From Minisyncoccia bacterium (lineage in GTDB: Bacteria > Patescibacteriota > Minisyncoccia > UBA6257 > GWB1-50-10), in contig JBEKVQ010000005.1 in the NCBI GenBank assembly GCA_049997815.1, positions 1 through 38,843 of the forward strand: 38,843 bases of DNA. Reading direction: 5' to 3'. Both the position numbers and the translations under genes were made by a program. The notes beneath the pieces are model-generated. The model was not told the origin of the DNA. It made no database searches and saw only the letters and a list, made by a program, of their open reading frames with translations. Positions within the stretch are counted from its first letter, which is position 1. The number at the start of each line of letters is the position of its first letter. Below are positions 25,870 through 33,740 of this stretch, piece by piece.

Positions 25870-27984
25870 ATGCCGAAAAAAACCGTTCCGAAAAAAAACG
25901 TAGAGCCGGTTATCGTTGACGTAAGGAAACCGAACTTCAATTACGAACGGCTCAACAAACCGCAGAAACTCAATCTGGCTCACATACCCCGGGCCAAGCC
26001 GCCCCGTTTCATAATTTTAAAAAGAACGCTTCTCGCGATACTTTTCGCCGGACTTTTCGGCCTTGTTGCCGCAATCGTGCTGGTTGTGATAAATCTCCAA
26101 ACGATAAGGGCCACAGTAACGGAGAGCAGTGGGCAGATAATCAGTAATTTCGCTTCGTCAGCCAGTGCGCTCAAAAGTTTTGAACCGGATACGGCCGTAA
26201 ATCTGCTTCAGGAGAACGATCAGTCATTTTCGGACATCAATAACGCCATAAAGAAGGGTGGCATCCAATCGTTCCTGAGCGCCGTCGGCAACCTTATTCC
26301 GATGGTGAGCAATGCATTCGGGTTTCTCGGACAAGCGACGAACCTAAACATAACTTTCTTGGAACTGGCCCAAAACATCCAAGATTTGGAAACGAACGGC
26401 TTCAAATATTTTCAAAGCGATGGACAGGGCCTCTTAACCGCGCTAAAAAACACCCATACCCTAATCCAGCAGATCAGCGAGAAAAGCCAGGACGTGAAGA
26501 ACAGCACCACGAACCTGAAGAGTCTATCGCCGCTCTTCGGAAAAATAGATCAGGACGTAAGCGACCAATATTTGAAATACTCGAGCGAGCTTTTTACCTG
26601 GGACAAGATGCTCGTTAATCTCACGAACCTCCTGGGTTCGGAAACCGACCGCCATATCCTCGTCTTCTTCCAAAATCCGTCGGAGGTCCGCCCGGGCGGG
26701 GGATTCATCGGCAGCTATGCCGATATAACGGTAAATAGCGGCCAAATGAAACAGATGGATGTGCACGACATCTACGACCCCGACGGCCAACTCGCCTTAA
26801 AGGTCATCCCGCCGGAACAACTTCAGACCGTTACGACCGATTGGGGCGCCCGGGATGCCAACTGGTTCTTCGACTTTCCAACCTCCGCCAAGACCGTCAT
26901 CCGGTTCATGGAGGCCTCCAAAATGTATTCGGAAAAGAACGTGACGTTCGATGCCGCCATTGCTTTGAACATAAACGTCGTGAACGACCTGCTCTCCGTA
27001 ACGGGCCCGATACAACTTACGGATTACAATCTGACGATAGACCAGAATAATCTTCTTGAGGAGGTTCAGCGTTCAGTCGAGGCCGGCGCGGACAAAAAAG
27101 CCGGTCAGCCGAAGAAGATATTGATGAAATTGGCTCCCATTCTGCTTCAAAAATTGAACGACCTTTCCACCGCCGACCGGCAAACTCTGTTCGACCGGAT
27201 AAAAGAACGAATAGCGAAAAAGGACATAATGCTTTACGCCAAGGATCCCGATATGGCCGCATTCCTGTCGACGAACGATCTGGACGGTTCGGTTTACGAA
27301 ATGCCGAATAATTTCTGGGGAACGTACCTCGCGGTCGCGAATGCGAACGTCGCGGGCGGCAAGAGCGACGCCTTTGTGGACGAGAGGGTGACCGCGAACG
27401 TGGACGTGGATACGAACGGAAATACTTTCACGAACGTGCAGGTCGCGCGAACCCACAACGGGAATCTAGAGAAAGACCCCTGGTGGAAGGCAACTAACAA
27501 CGATTTCATGCAGATATTCGCCGAACCGAACTCAACGCTGGTTGCGATGACGGGGAACGACGTTAAGCCAAAGTACCAAACAATGGACTACACTAACTCC
27601 AATTACATGACGAATCCGGACTTGGCGGCGACGGAAAAGGGAGAGATCTTCCTCTCCAATCTGAAGACCTGGCTTCGCAACGAATTCGGAAAGAACGTCT
27701 TCGCCACATGGCTCTTGCTTCCGGCCGGCCAAACCAAAACCTTGAACGTTCAGTACCAAACCACCTATAATAGCCCGACTGCCCTGGGCCCGGGCCAGGC
27801 CTACACTTTCATCTTCGAAAGGCAGGCCGGAGTGAAGAACAGTTTGGATGTGACGGTGAATGCACCCTTCAAATATTACTGGGCCGAATCTAACGACACC
27901 GCTTTCCATTATACGAACGACGATCCGGACAAGAGAACGACTCTCACGCTTACTCTGAAGAAGAAGACGGACGACCAACAATAA
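25870..27984 (+). CDS. DUF4012 domain-containing membrane-anchored protein
   Basis: TM anchor; FQNPSEVRPGGGFIGSY, RDANWFFDFPTSA and NVAGGKSD motifs. Confidence 0.88.
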   Translation: MPKKTVPKKNVEPVIVDVRKPNFNYERLNKPQKLNLAHIPRAKPPRFIILKRTLLAILFAGLFGLVAAIVLVVINLQTIRATVTESSGQIISNFASSASALKSFEPDTAVNLLQENDQSFSDINNAIKKGGIQSFLSAVGNLIPMVSNAFGFLGQATNLNITFLELAQNIQDLETNGFKYFQSDGQGLLTALKNTHTLIQQISEKSQDVKNSTTNLKSLSPLFGKIDQDVSDQYLKYSSELFTWDKMLVNLTNLLGSETDRHILVFFQNPSEVRPGGGFIGSYADITVNSGQMKQMDVHDIYDPDGQLALKVIPPEQLQTVTTDWGARDANWFFDFPTSAKTVIRFMEASKMYSEKNVTFDAAIALNINVVNDLLSVTGPIQLTDYNLTIDQNNLLEEVQRSVEAGADKKAGQPKKILMKLAPILLQKLNDLSTADRQTLFDRIKERIAKKDIMLYAKDPDMAAFLSTNDLDGSVYEMPNNFWGTYLAVANANVAGGKSDAFVDERVTANVDVDTNGNTFTNVQVARTHNGNLEKDPWWKATNNDFMQIFAEPNSTLVAMTGNDVKPKYQTMDYTNSNYMTNPDLAATEKGEIFLSNLKTWLRNEFGKNVFATWLLLPAGQTKTLNVQYQTTYNSPTALGPGQAYTFIFERQAGVKNSLDVTVNAPFKYYWAESNDTAFHYTNDDPDKRTTLTLTLKKKTDDQQ

Positions 27985-28145
27985 TGAATAACATCAGGAA
28001 TTTTTGCATAATTGCCCAGATAGACGTCGCGAGTTGCCACACGGCAACTCGCTCCCTAACACCCAGCGGTTTTAGTATTTCCGCCACGGGAAAACTCCCG
28101 TTTTCCCGACCCCTTTCCCGTCAATGTGGGCAAACAAAACAATAA
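27984..28145 (+). pseudogene. Displaced lepA 5' end (14 codons) continuing as a 53-aa ORF through the inserted element
   Basis: MNNIRNFCIIAQID versus LepA MNNIRNFCIIAHID; ATG overlaps the upstream stop codon (TAATG). Confidence 0.75.
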
Positions 28146-28210
28146 TCAACTGACCATCGGACAAATCTATGAACAATATAAGAAACTTCTGCATCATTGC
28201 CCACATTGAC
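28026..28210 (-). mobile_element. Putative 185-bp mini-element integrated in the lepA 5' end and supplying a replacement start
   Basis: Target duplication 27984-28025 / 28169-28210. GTCAATGTGGGCAA (28120-28133) is the exact reverse complement of 28197-28210. Core is homologous to 467-558. Confidence 0.75.
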
Positions 28211-29968
28211 CACGGCAAGAGCACGCTGGCCGACCGTTTTTTGGAACTCACGAAAACGGTGGACAAGCGCCATATGCGGGCCCAGTATCTGGACCAGCTG
28301 GAGCTTGAACGCGAGCGGGGAATAACGATAAAAATGGCCCCGGTCAGGATGAACTATGCCGTAAACGGCGTAAATTACGAGTTAAATCTCATTGACACGC
28401 CCGGCCACTCGGACTTCGGCTACGAGGTTTCGCGGGCGCTTGCGGCCGTTGAAGGCGGAATTCTCCTCGTAGATGCCACTCAGGGAATTCAGGCCCAGAC
28501 ACTGGCCAACTTCCGGGCCGCGAAGAACTCCGGACTTACCGTCATCGGAGCGATAAATAAGATCGACCTCTTCAAAAATCCCGGCGACCGGGAAACGTTA
28601 AATCACTTGCGGGAAGAAGTGGCCGAGCTCATCGGCGTAAACGGGGAAGAAATTCTTTTCGTTTCCGGAAAAACCGGAGAGGGAACGGAAGAACTCCTCC
28701 AAAGCGTCATCCAAAAAGTAAGACCGCCACGGGAAAGTTTAAAAAACCTGAACCGCGCCCTTATCTTTGATTCTTTTTACGACGACCATAAGGGCGTCAT
28801 CGCCTCAGTGCGGGTCTTCGACGGGGAGATGGATGCGACGAAGAACGTCTATCTGGCGGCGCCGGACACGACATCGAAGATAAAAGAAGTGGGATTTTTT
28901 AAACCGCAAGTCCAGGCCGCTCCCAAAATCAAAGCGGGCGAGATCGGTTACATCGCAACCGGTATCAAGGATACTTCGCTCATCAAAATCGGCGACACCG
29001 CCATCGTCGCCAGCCATCATCCCGACAAGATAAAATCTTTTATACTGCCCGGTTATAAAGAACCTCAGCCGGTGGTCTTCGTTTCTTTTTATCCGGAAGA
29101 GAATGAGGATTACGAACTTTTGAAGAAGAGTTTGGAAAAATTGAAACTGAACGATTCGGCGCTCGCGATCGAACCCGACCAGAACGAAGTGCTGGGCCGG
29201 GGATACAAGGTGGGATTTTTGGGCCGGCTTCACTTCGAGATAACGGCCGAGCGGCTGAAGCGGGAATTCAAAGTCGGAACGGTGAGCACCTTCCCGTCGG
29301 TTATCTATAAAGTAAAAACAAGGAAGGGCTGGCAAACCATCGTGAAGCCGGAAGAACTTCCGCCGGAGTATGAAGAAATTTGGGAACCGATGACGAATAT
29401 TACCATTCTCGTCCCGCCGGAATATCTGAATAACGTCTATCCGCTCCAGGCCAGATTCCGATTCACGAAAATCACAACGCACACATTCCAGGACCAGACC
29501 GAGATAAAGGCGGATATGCCGCTCGCGGAACTCGTGAGCGATTTCGACGACCAGCTGAAATCGGCCACCGCCGGCTTCGCATCCTTCAGCTACGAATTGG
29601 CCGATTATGTGAAGGCCGACATCGTTAAAGTGGACATTCTGGTCGCGGGAGATACCGTGCCCGGTCTCTCGAGATTCTTCCCGACGAACACCGTCGGGAA
29701 AGAAGCGCGAAGGATGGTGGAGAAACTTAAGGAAACCCTCCCGCACCAACAGTTCGCCCAGCCCATTCAGGCCAGGGCCAACAATAAATTCATCGCCCGG
29801 GAGGACATTCCCGCGATGAGAAAGGACGTAACGGGCTATCTTTACGGCGGCGACCGAAGTCGGAAGATGAAGCTCTGGAAAAAACAGAAAAAGGGCAAGA
29901 AAAAGCTTCAATCCCGAGCCCAAGTGAGGATTAGTCCGGCCATCTTCAAGGAACTCATCAAGAAATAG
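28169..29968 (+). CDS. lepA: Translation elongation factor 4 (LepA)
   Basis: IRNFCIIAHIDHGKSTLADR, ERERGITIK, DTPGH, NKID, GFLGRLH, RKDVT..LYGGD..RKMKL..KQKKGKK. Confidence 0.99.
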   Translation: MNNIRNFCIIAHIDHGKSTLADRFLELTKTVDKRHMRAQYLDQLELERERGITIKMAPVRMNYAVNGVNYELNLIDTPGHSDFGYEVSRALAAVEGGILLVDATQGIQAQTLANFRAAKNSGLTVIGAINKIDLFKNPGDRETLNHLREEVAELIGVNGEEILFVSGKTGEGTEELLQSVIQKVRPPRESLKNLNRALIFDSFYDDHKGVIASVRVFDGEMDATKNVYLAAPDTTSKIKEVGFFKPQVQAAPKIKAGEIGYIATGIKDTSLIKIGDTAIVASHHPDKIKSFILPGYKEPQPVVFVSFYPEENEDYELLKKSLEKLKLNDSALAIEPDQNEVLGRGYKVGFLGRLHFEITAERLKREFKVGTVSTFPSVIYKVKTRKGWQTIVKPEELPPEYEEIWEPMTNITILVPPEYLNNVYPLQARFRFTKITTHTFQDQTEIKADMPLAELVSDFDDQLKSATAGFASFSYELADYVKADIVKVDILVAGDTVPGLSRFFPTNTVGKEARRMVEKLKETLPHQQFAQPIQARANNKFIAREDIPAMRKDVTGYLYGGDRSRKMKLWKKQKKGKKKLQSRAQVRISPAIFKELIKK

Positions 29969-29979
29969 GTCGGGTCCAC

Positions 29980-30040
29980 CAAGCCGAAAAAGTGTGCGCT
30001 CCGGGCCGCTAGGCCAAGTCTTACCCACTTTTTCGGCTTG
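29980..30040. repeat. Perfect 15-bp inverted repeat after lepA
   Basis: CAAGCCGAAAAAGTG (29980-29994) / CACTTTTTCGGCTTG (30026-30040). Confidence 0.75.
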
Positions 30041-30073
30041 CTGTACCCTCCAGGAATTAGGGATAATAAGGAT

Positions 30074-30379
30074 ATGGAAAAGTCGAGATGGATAATTTAT
30101 GCGATAGTGGTTTTGCTCCTCGGCTGGGGGCTTTATAGATTGGACAGCACGAGAAGTACCACGAAAAATCAGGCGAGAGATCTAACCTCGCAGTTATCCA
30201 ATCTCCAGGCCGAGAAGCAGAACCTCTCGGACCAGATTGATTATTTCAAAAATCCGGATAATCTGGTGAATAAGCTCAAGGAACAAACGAGCTATCGCTT
30301 GCCGGACGAGAAGCTAATTATCATCACCTCTGGGGCAACGAGCACTCAGAGCACTAGCACAGTAACAAGCACGAAATAA
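30074..30379 (+). CDS. Septum formation initiator (FtsB/DivIC-like)
   Basis: TM, coiled coil, ending KEQTSYRLPDEKLIII. ATG at 30074 preferred over TTG at 30038. Confidence 0.75.
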   Translation: MEKSRWIIYAIVVLLLGWGLYRLDSTRSTTKNQARDLTSQLSNLQAEKQNLSDQIDYFKNPDNLVNKLKEQTSYRLPDEKLIIITSGATSTQSTSTVTSTK

Positions 30380-30383
30380 ATAT

Positions 30384-30454
30384 GCGGGTATGGTTTAGTG
30401 GTAGAATGCGACCTTCCCAAGGTTGAGACAGGAGTTCGATTCTCCTTACCCGCA
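30384..30454 (+). tRNA. tRNA-Gly(CCC)
   Basis: Acceptor stem GCGGGTA/TACCCGC, anticodon stem CGACC/GGTTG with loop TT-CCC-AA, T arm AGGAG-TTCGATT-CTCCT. CCA not encoded. Confidence 0.97.
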
Positions 30455-30553
30455 CATAACGAGAAATTCAGGATTGTGACGCGCAGGTACACATATAGAG
30501 ATGGTTTTTGGTAGAATTATATGATAAAAGGTCGCACAACATCGATAAAAACC

Positions 30554-31090
30554 ATGAAAAAAATAATTACCTTAACGTCGCTCGGAATCGGGATGATCCT
30601 AGGATTATCCCTGCCGTTCGCTTCTTTAGCCGCATTCCACGAAACGCAGTCTCCTTCTGGTTCGAAACTCCAGTCTCCAGTCACATTTTCCGTTACGGCC
30701 GATAATTTTTCGGATCTTAATTTCGGTCCGGGAGTTAACAGTTGGAAACTTCGGATCTTTGCCGTTGCGCCACCGCCCGTTAGCCACCAAACGCTCTGTA
30801 TGACCTCATCCACGTTGTCTGCTACTGTATCCAGTCCACCGATTTCCGAGAGTTTTCCTTCTCAAAATTATGATTTGGTTCTCGTAGGGTACTACAGTCC
30901 AACCTGCACATCTTACGCCACCTCCTCCATTGTCAGTGGGGTTATTACCATATTCGACGGTTCGCGTTTCAGTGCGGATACGGTCGGATATGCGATTGCG
31001 AAATGGTGGCCGTTGTTCTTGGGCACGGTAATTCTTGTGGGCCTTGTAATATTCAGAAAGCGGACCACTCACGTTCCCTCGAGTAATTAA
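30554..31090 (+). CDS. Hypothetical secreted protein with C-terminal membrane anchor
   Basis: Signal peptide MKKIITL...ASLA, Ser/Thr-rich body, C-terminal TM plus basic tail RKR. Confidence 0.65.
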   Translation: MKKIITLTSLGIGMILGLSLPFASLAAFHETQSPSGSKLQSPVTFSVTADNFSDLNFGPGVNSWKLRIFAVAPPPVSHQTLCMTSSTLSATVSSPPISESFPSQNYDLVLVGYYSPTCTSYATSSIVSGVITIFDGSRFSADTVGYAIAKWWPLFLGTVILVGLVIFRKRTTHVPSSN

Positions 31091-31112
31091 AATATTAAAG
31101 ACCTTCATAACA

Positions 31113-31245
31113 TCGCACGGAAAAATTCCGCTCGCGCTTAATGGCATCGCCGTGAAACTCTCTCCGAGAACTCCGCACCGAGACGGGCGTTTCACTTGTG
31201 CGACTGCCGCCGAAATGTAATTATAAACGGCGCCCGTTCGGCGGC
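31113..31245. ncRNA. Candidate structured RNA/DNA element upstream of uvrB
   Basis: Nested stems TCGCAC/GTGCGA, CGGAA/TTCCG and GTGAAAC/GTTTCAC; hairpin GCCGCCGAA/TTCGGCGGC; possible pseudoknot ACGGGCG/CGCCCGT. Confidence 0.4.
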
Positions 31246-31275
31246 GAGGCAAACAAACTTCGGATCTTAATTATC

Positions 31276-33270
31276 GTGAATAAATTTGAATTAATATCGA
31301 ATAATAAACCCAGCGGCGACCAGCCGAAGGCGATAAAAGAATTGGTTTCCGGGCTGAAGAAAGGGTACCGGGATCAGACGCTTTTGGGCGTGACGGGTTC
31401 CGGCAAGACCTTTACCGTGGCGAACGTCATCGCAGAGGTTCAAAAGCCGACCTTGGTCATCGCGCACAATAAAACCTTGGCCGCCCAGCTCACGAACGAG
31501 TTCCGCGAACTCTTTCCCCACAACTCCGTGAACTACTTCGTCTCCTACTACGACTACTACCAGCCGGAGGCCTATATGCCGAACTCAGACACCTATATCG
31601 AGAAGGAGGCGATGATAAACGACGAGATAGACAAGCTCCGCCACGCGGCGACGGCGGCGCTTCTTACGCGCAAAGACGTTATCGTCGTGGCCTCCGTTTC
31701 CTGCATTTACGGTTTGGGTTCGCCGAAGATATATCGCGAGAACATCTTTCATTTGAAACCGGGCGACCGCCTGAACCGCGAAGAGTTCATCAGAAAACTC
31801 GTGGAACTCCAATTCAACCGCACCAGTTCCGACCTGAAGCGCGCGACCTTCCGCGTCCGGGGAGACAACTGGGAAATTATGGCGCCAGACCGGGAGGTAA
31901 TATATAACTTCGAAATCAAGAACGACACCATCTCAAAGATTTATGAGGTAGAGCCGGCCAAGGGTTTCCGGCCCGGAAAAACGCCGGAGCTCAAAGAAAT
32001 TTTCATCGCTCCAGCCAAACACTTCATCACTCCGCCGGATGACCGCGAACGGGCGGTCAAAGCCATAAAAGACGAGCTGAAACAACGTCTTAAGAAATTC
32101 GAAAAGGAAAAGAAGTTCCTTGAAGCCGAGCGCTTGGAGCGCCGGACCAAGGCCGACATGGCCATGATGAGCGAGGTCGGCTACTGCCACGGCATCGAGA
32201 ACTACTCCCGCCATCTTTCGGGACGCACCGCCGGCGAACCGCCCGCGACCCTATTGGATTACTTCCCCGAGGATTTTTTGACCATTATCGACGAATCCCA
32301 CGTTACCGTTCCCCAATTGGGCGGAATGTTCGAAGGCGACGCCTCGCGCAAGCGAACGCTCATAGAATACGGTTTCCGACTGCCGTCCGCCGCCGACAAC
32401 CGCCCGCTCACGTTCAAGGAGTTCGAAGCGAGGATCGGCCAAACAATCTTCACATCGGCTACGCCAGGAATCTATGAAAACAAAAAGAGCGAGCAGATTG
32501 TTGAGCAGATAATCCGGCCGACCGGACTCGTTGACCCAAAGATAACGATAAGACCCGTTCGAGGACAAATAGACGACCTAATCGTAAGGATAAGGGAGCG
32601 CGTCGAGAGGAAAGAAAGGGTTTTGGTCACGACGCTCACGAAGAGAATGGCTGAAGATTTAAGTGCATATTTAGAGGAACTGAAAATAAAAGTGAACTAT
32701 CTCCACAGCGACGTGAAAACGCTGGACCGGATAAAAATCCTTACGAGCTTACGGAAAGGGCTCTACGACGTACTCGTGGGCGTGAATCTCCTGCGGGAAG
32801 GATTGGATTTGCCGGAAGTTTCGCTCGTCGCGATACTGGATGCCGACAAAGAGGGATTCCTGCGAAGCGAAACCTCGCTCATCCAAACCATCGGCCGGGC
32901 GGCCCGGAACGAAAAAGGGGAAGTTCTAATGTACGCCGACAACATCACCGGCTCCATCAAGCGCGCGGTCGGAGAGACCGAACGCCGCCGGAAGATCCAG
33001 CTTGAATATAATAAAAAACATCACATCACGCCGAAGACCATTATCCGGGAAATCAGGGATATTCTGCCTGTGGAGGAGATTCTAAATCTAGAAACCAAAC
33101 CTTTGCCAAAATCCAAATCTGTCATTGAAGAATTAATCAAACAGAAGGAAAAAGAGATGAAAGAAGCCGCAAAAATGCTGGACTTCGAACTGGCCGCCAT
33201 TCTTCGGGATGAAATAAAGATTTTATCTTCCAAAGTCAAGGGAAAACCCGTACCAAAAGCCGGAAGTTAA
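31276..33270 (+). CDS. uvrB: Excinuclease ABC subunit B
   Basis: PSGDQP, GVTGSGKT, YYDYYQPEAY, IDESH, LREGLDLPEV, C-terminal UVR domain. GTG start at 31276. Confidence 0.99.
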   Translation: MNKFELISNNKPSGDQPKAIKELVSGLKKGYRDQTLLGVTGSGKTFTVANVIAEVQKPTLVIAHNKTLAAQLTNEFRELFPHNSVNYFVSYYDYYQPEAYMPNSDTYIEKEAMINDEIDKLRHAATAALLTRKDVIVVASVSCIYGLGSPKIYRENIFHLKPGDRLNREEFIRKLVELQFNRTSSDLKRATFRVRGDNWEIMAPDREVIYNFEIKNDTISKIYEVEPAKGFRPGKTPELKEIFIAPAKHFITPPDDRERAVKAIKDELKQRLKKFEKEKKFLEAERLERRTKADMAMMSEVGYCHGIENYSRHLSGRTAGEPPATLLDYFPEDFLTIIDESHVTVPQLGGMFEGDASRKRTLIEYGFRLPSAADNRPLTFKEFEARIGQTIFTSATPGIYENKKSEQIVEQIIRPTGLVDPKITIRPVRGQIDDLIVRIRERVERKERVLVTTLTKRMAEDLSAYLEELKIKVNYLHSDVKTLDRIKILTSLRKGLYDVLVGVNLLREGLDLPEVSLVAILDADKEGFLRSETSLIQTIGRAARNEKGEVLMYADNITGSIKRAVGETERRRKIQLEYNKKHHITPKTIIREIRDILPVEEILNLETKPLPKSKSVIEELIKQKEKEMKEAAKMLDFELAAILRDEIKILSSKVKGKPVPKAGS

Positions 33271-33321
33271 TCGTATATAATACTGATAGGCTTAATAAGC
33301 AAGAAGATATTTTCCAACGGG

Positions 33322-33666
33322 ATGCAAATAAAAATACAAAGTACGGGATTTGAACTCACTCCCGCCATCCGCGAACTCGTAGAGAAAAAAGTGGGCTCGC
33401 TAAGCAAACCTCTGAAGCGCTTCGAGGAAAAAAGCGAAGCCATCGCCGTAGTCGAGGTCAGTCGGACGACGAAGCACCACCGCCACGGCGATGTTTTCTA
33501 CGCCGAAATAAATCTGAACGTTTCGGGGAGGGTCATCCGCGCGGAAAATTCCAACGTAAAGCTTCAGGCGGCATTGGATATAACGAAAGACAAGCTCAAA
33601 CAGGAAATTTTGAGATTCAAGGAAAAGAGGGTGGAGAAAGTCAAAAAATCCTCCCCTCGCTCATAA
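33322..33666 (+). CDS. raiA: Ribosome hibernation factor (HPF/RaiA, short form)
   Basis: ELTPAIRELVEKK, HHRHGDVFYAEINL and IRAE...ALD motifs. Confidence 0.9.
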   Translation: MQIKIQSTGFELTPAIRELVEKKVGSLSKPLKRFEEKSEAIAVVEVSRTTKHHRHGDVFYAEINLNVSGRVIRAENSNVKLQAALDITKDKLKQEILRFKEKRVEKVKKSSPRS

Positions 33667-33695
33667 TTGACTTGGCCGGATTCTTGGTCTAAATT
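33667..33695 (+). promoter_or_regulatory. Possible sigma70 promoter of uvrA
   Basis: TTGACT, 17-bp spacer, TAAATT. Confidence 0.5.
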
Positions 33696-33740
33696 GGAAT
33701 CACTACCCCCTATGGAAGCGAACCGTGGGGCAATTTCCGT

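Noticed and set aside
31161-31179. Possible degenerate copy of the tRNA-Gly 3' end (TCTCC...CCGCAC) marking an island around 30554-31090
   Set aside because: The match is too short and gapped, and no anti-T-arm box or conserved core was seen after tRNA-Gly.
31198-31275. N-terminal extension of UvrB, or a group II intron 5' end (GTGCG)
   Set aside because: UvrB homology begins at the GTG at 31276, and no intron domain V or RT is present.
33700-33740. LexA/SOS box upstream of uvrA or uvrB
   Set aside because: No complete GAAC-N4-GTTC or CTGT-N8-ACAG palindrome was found.
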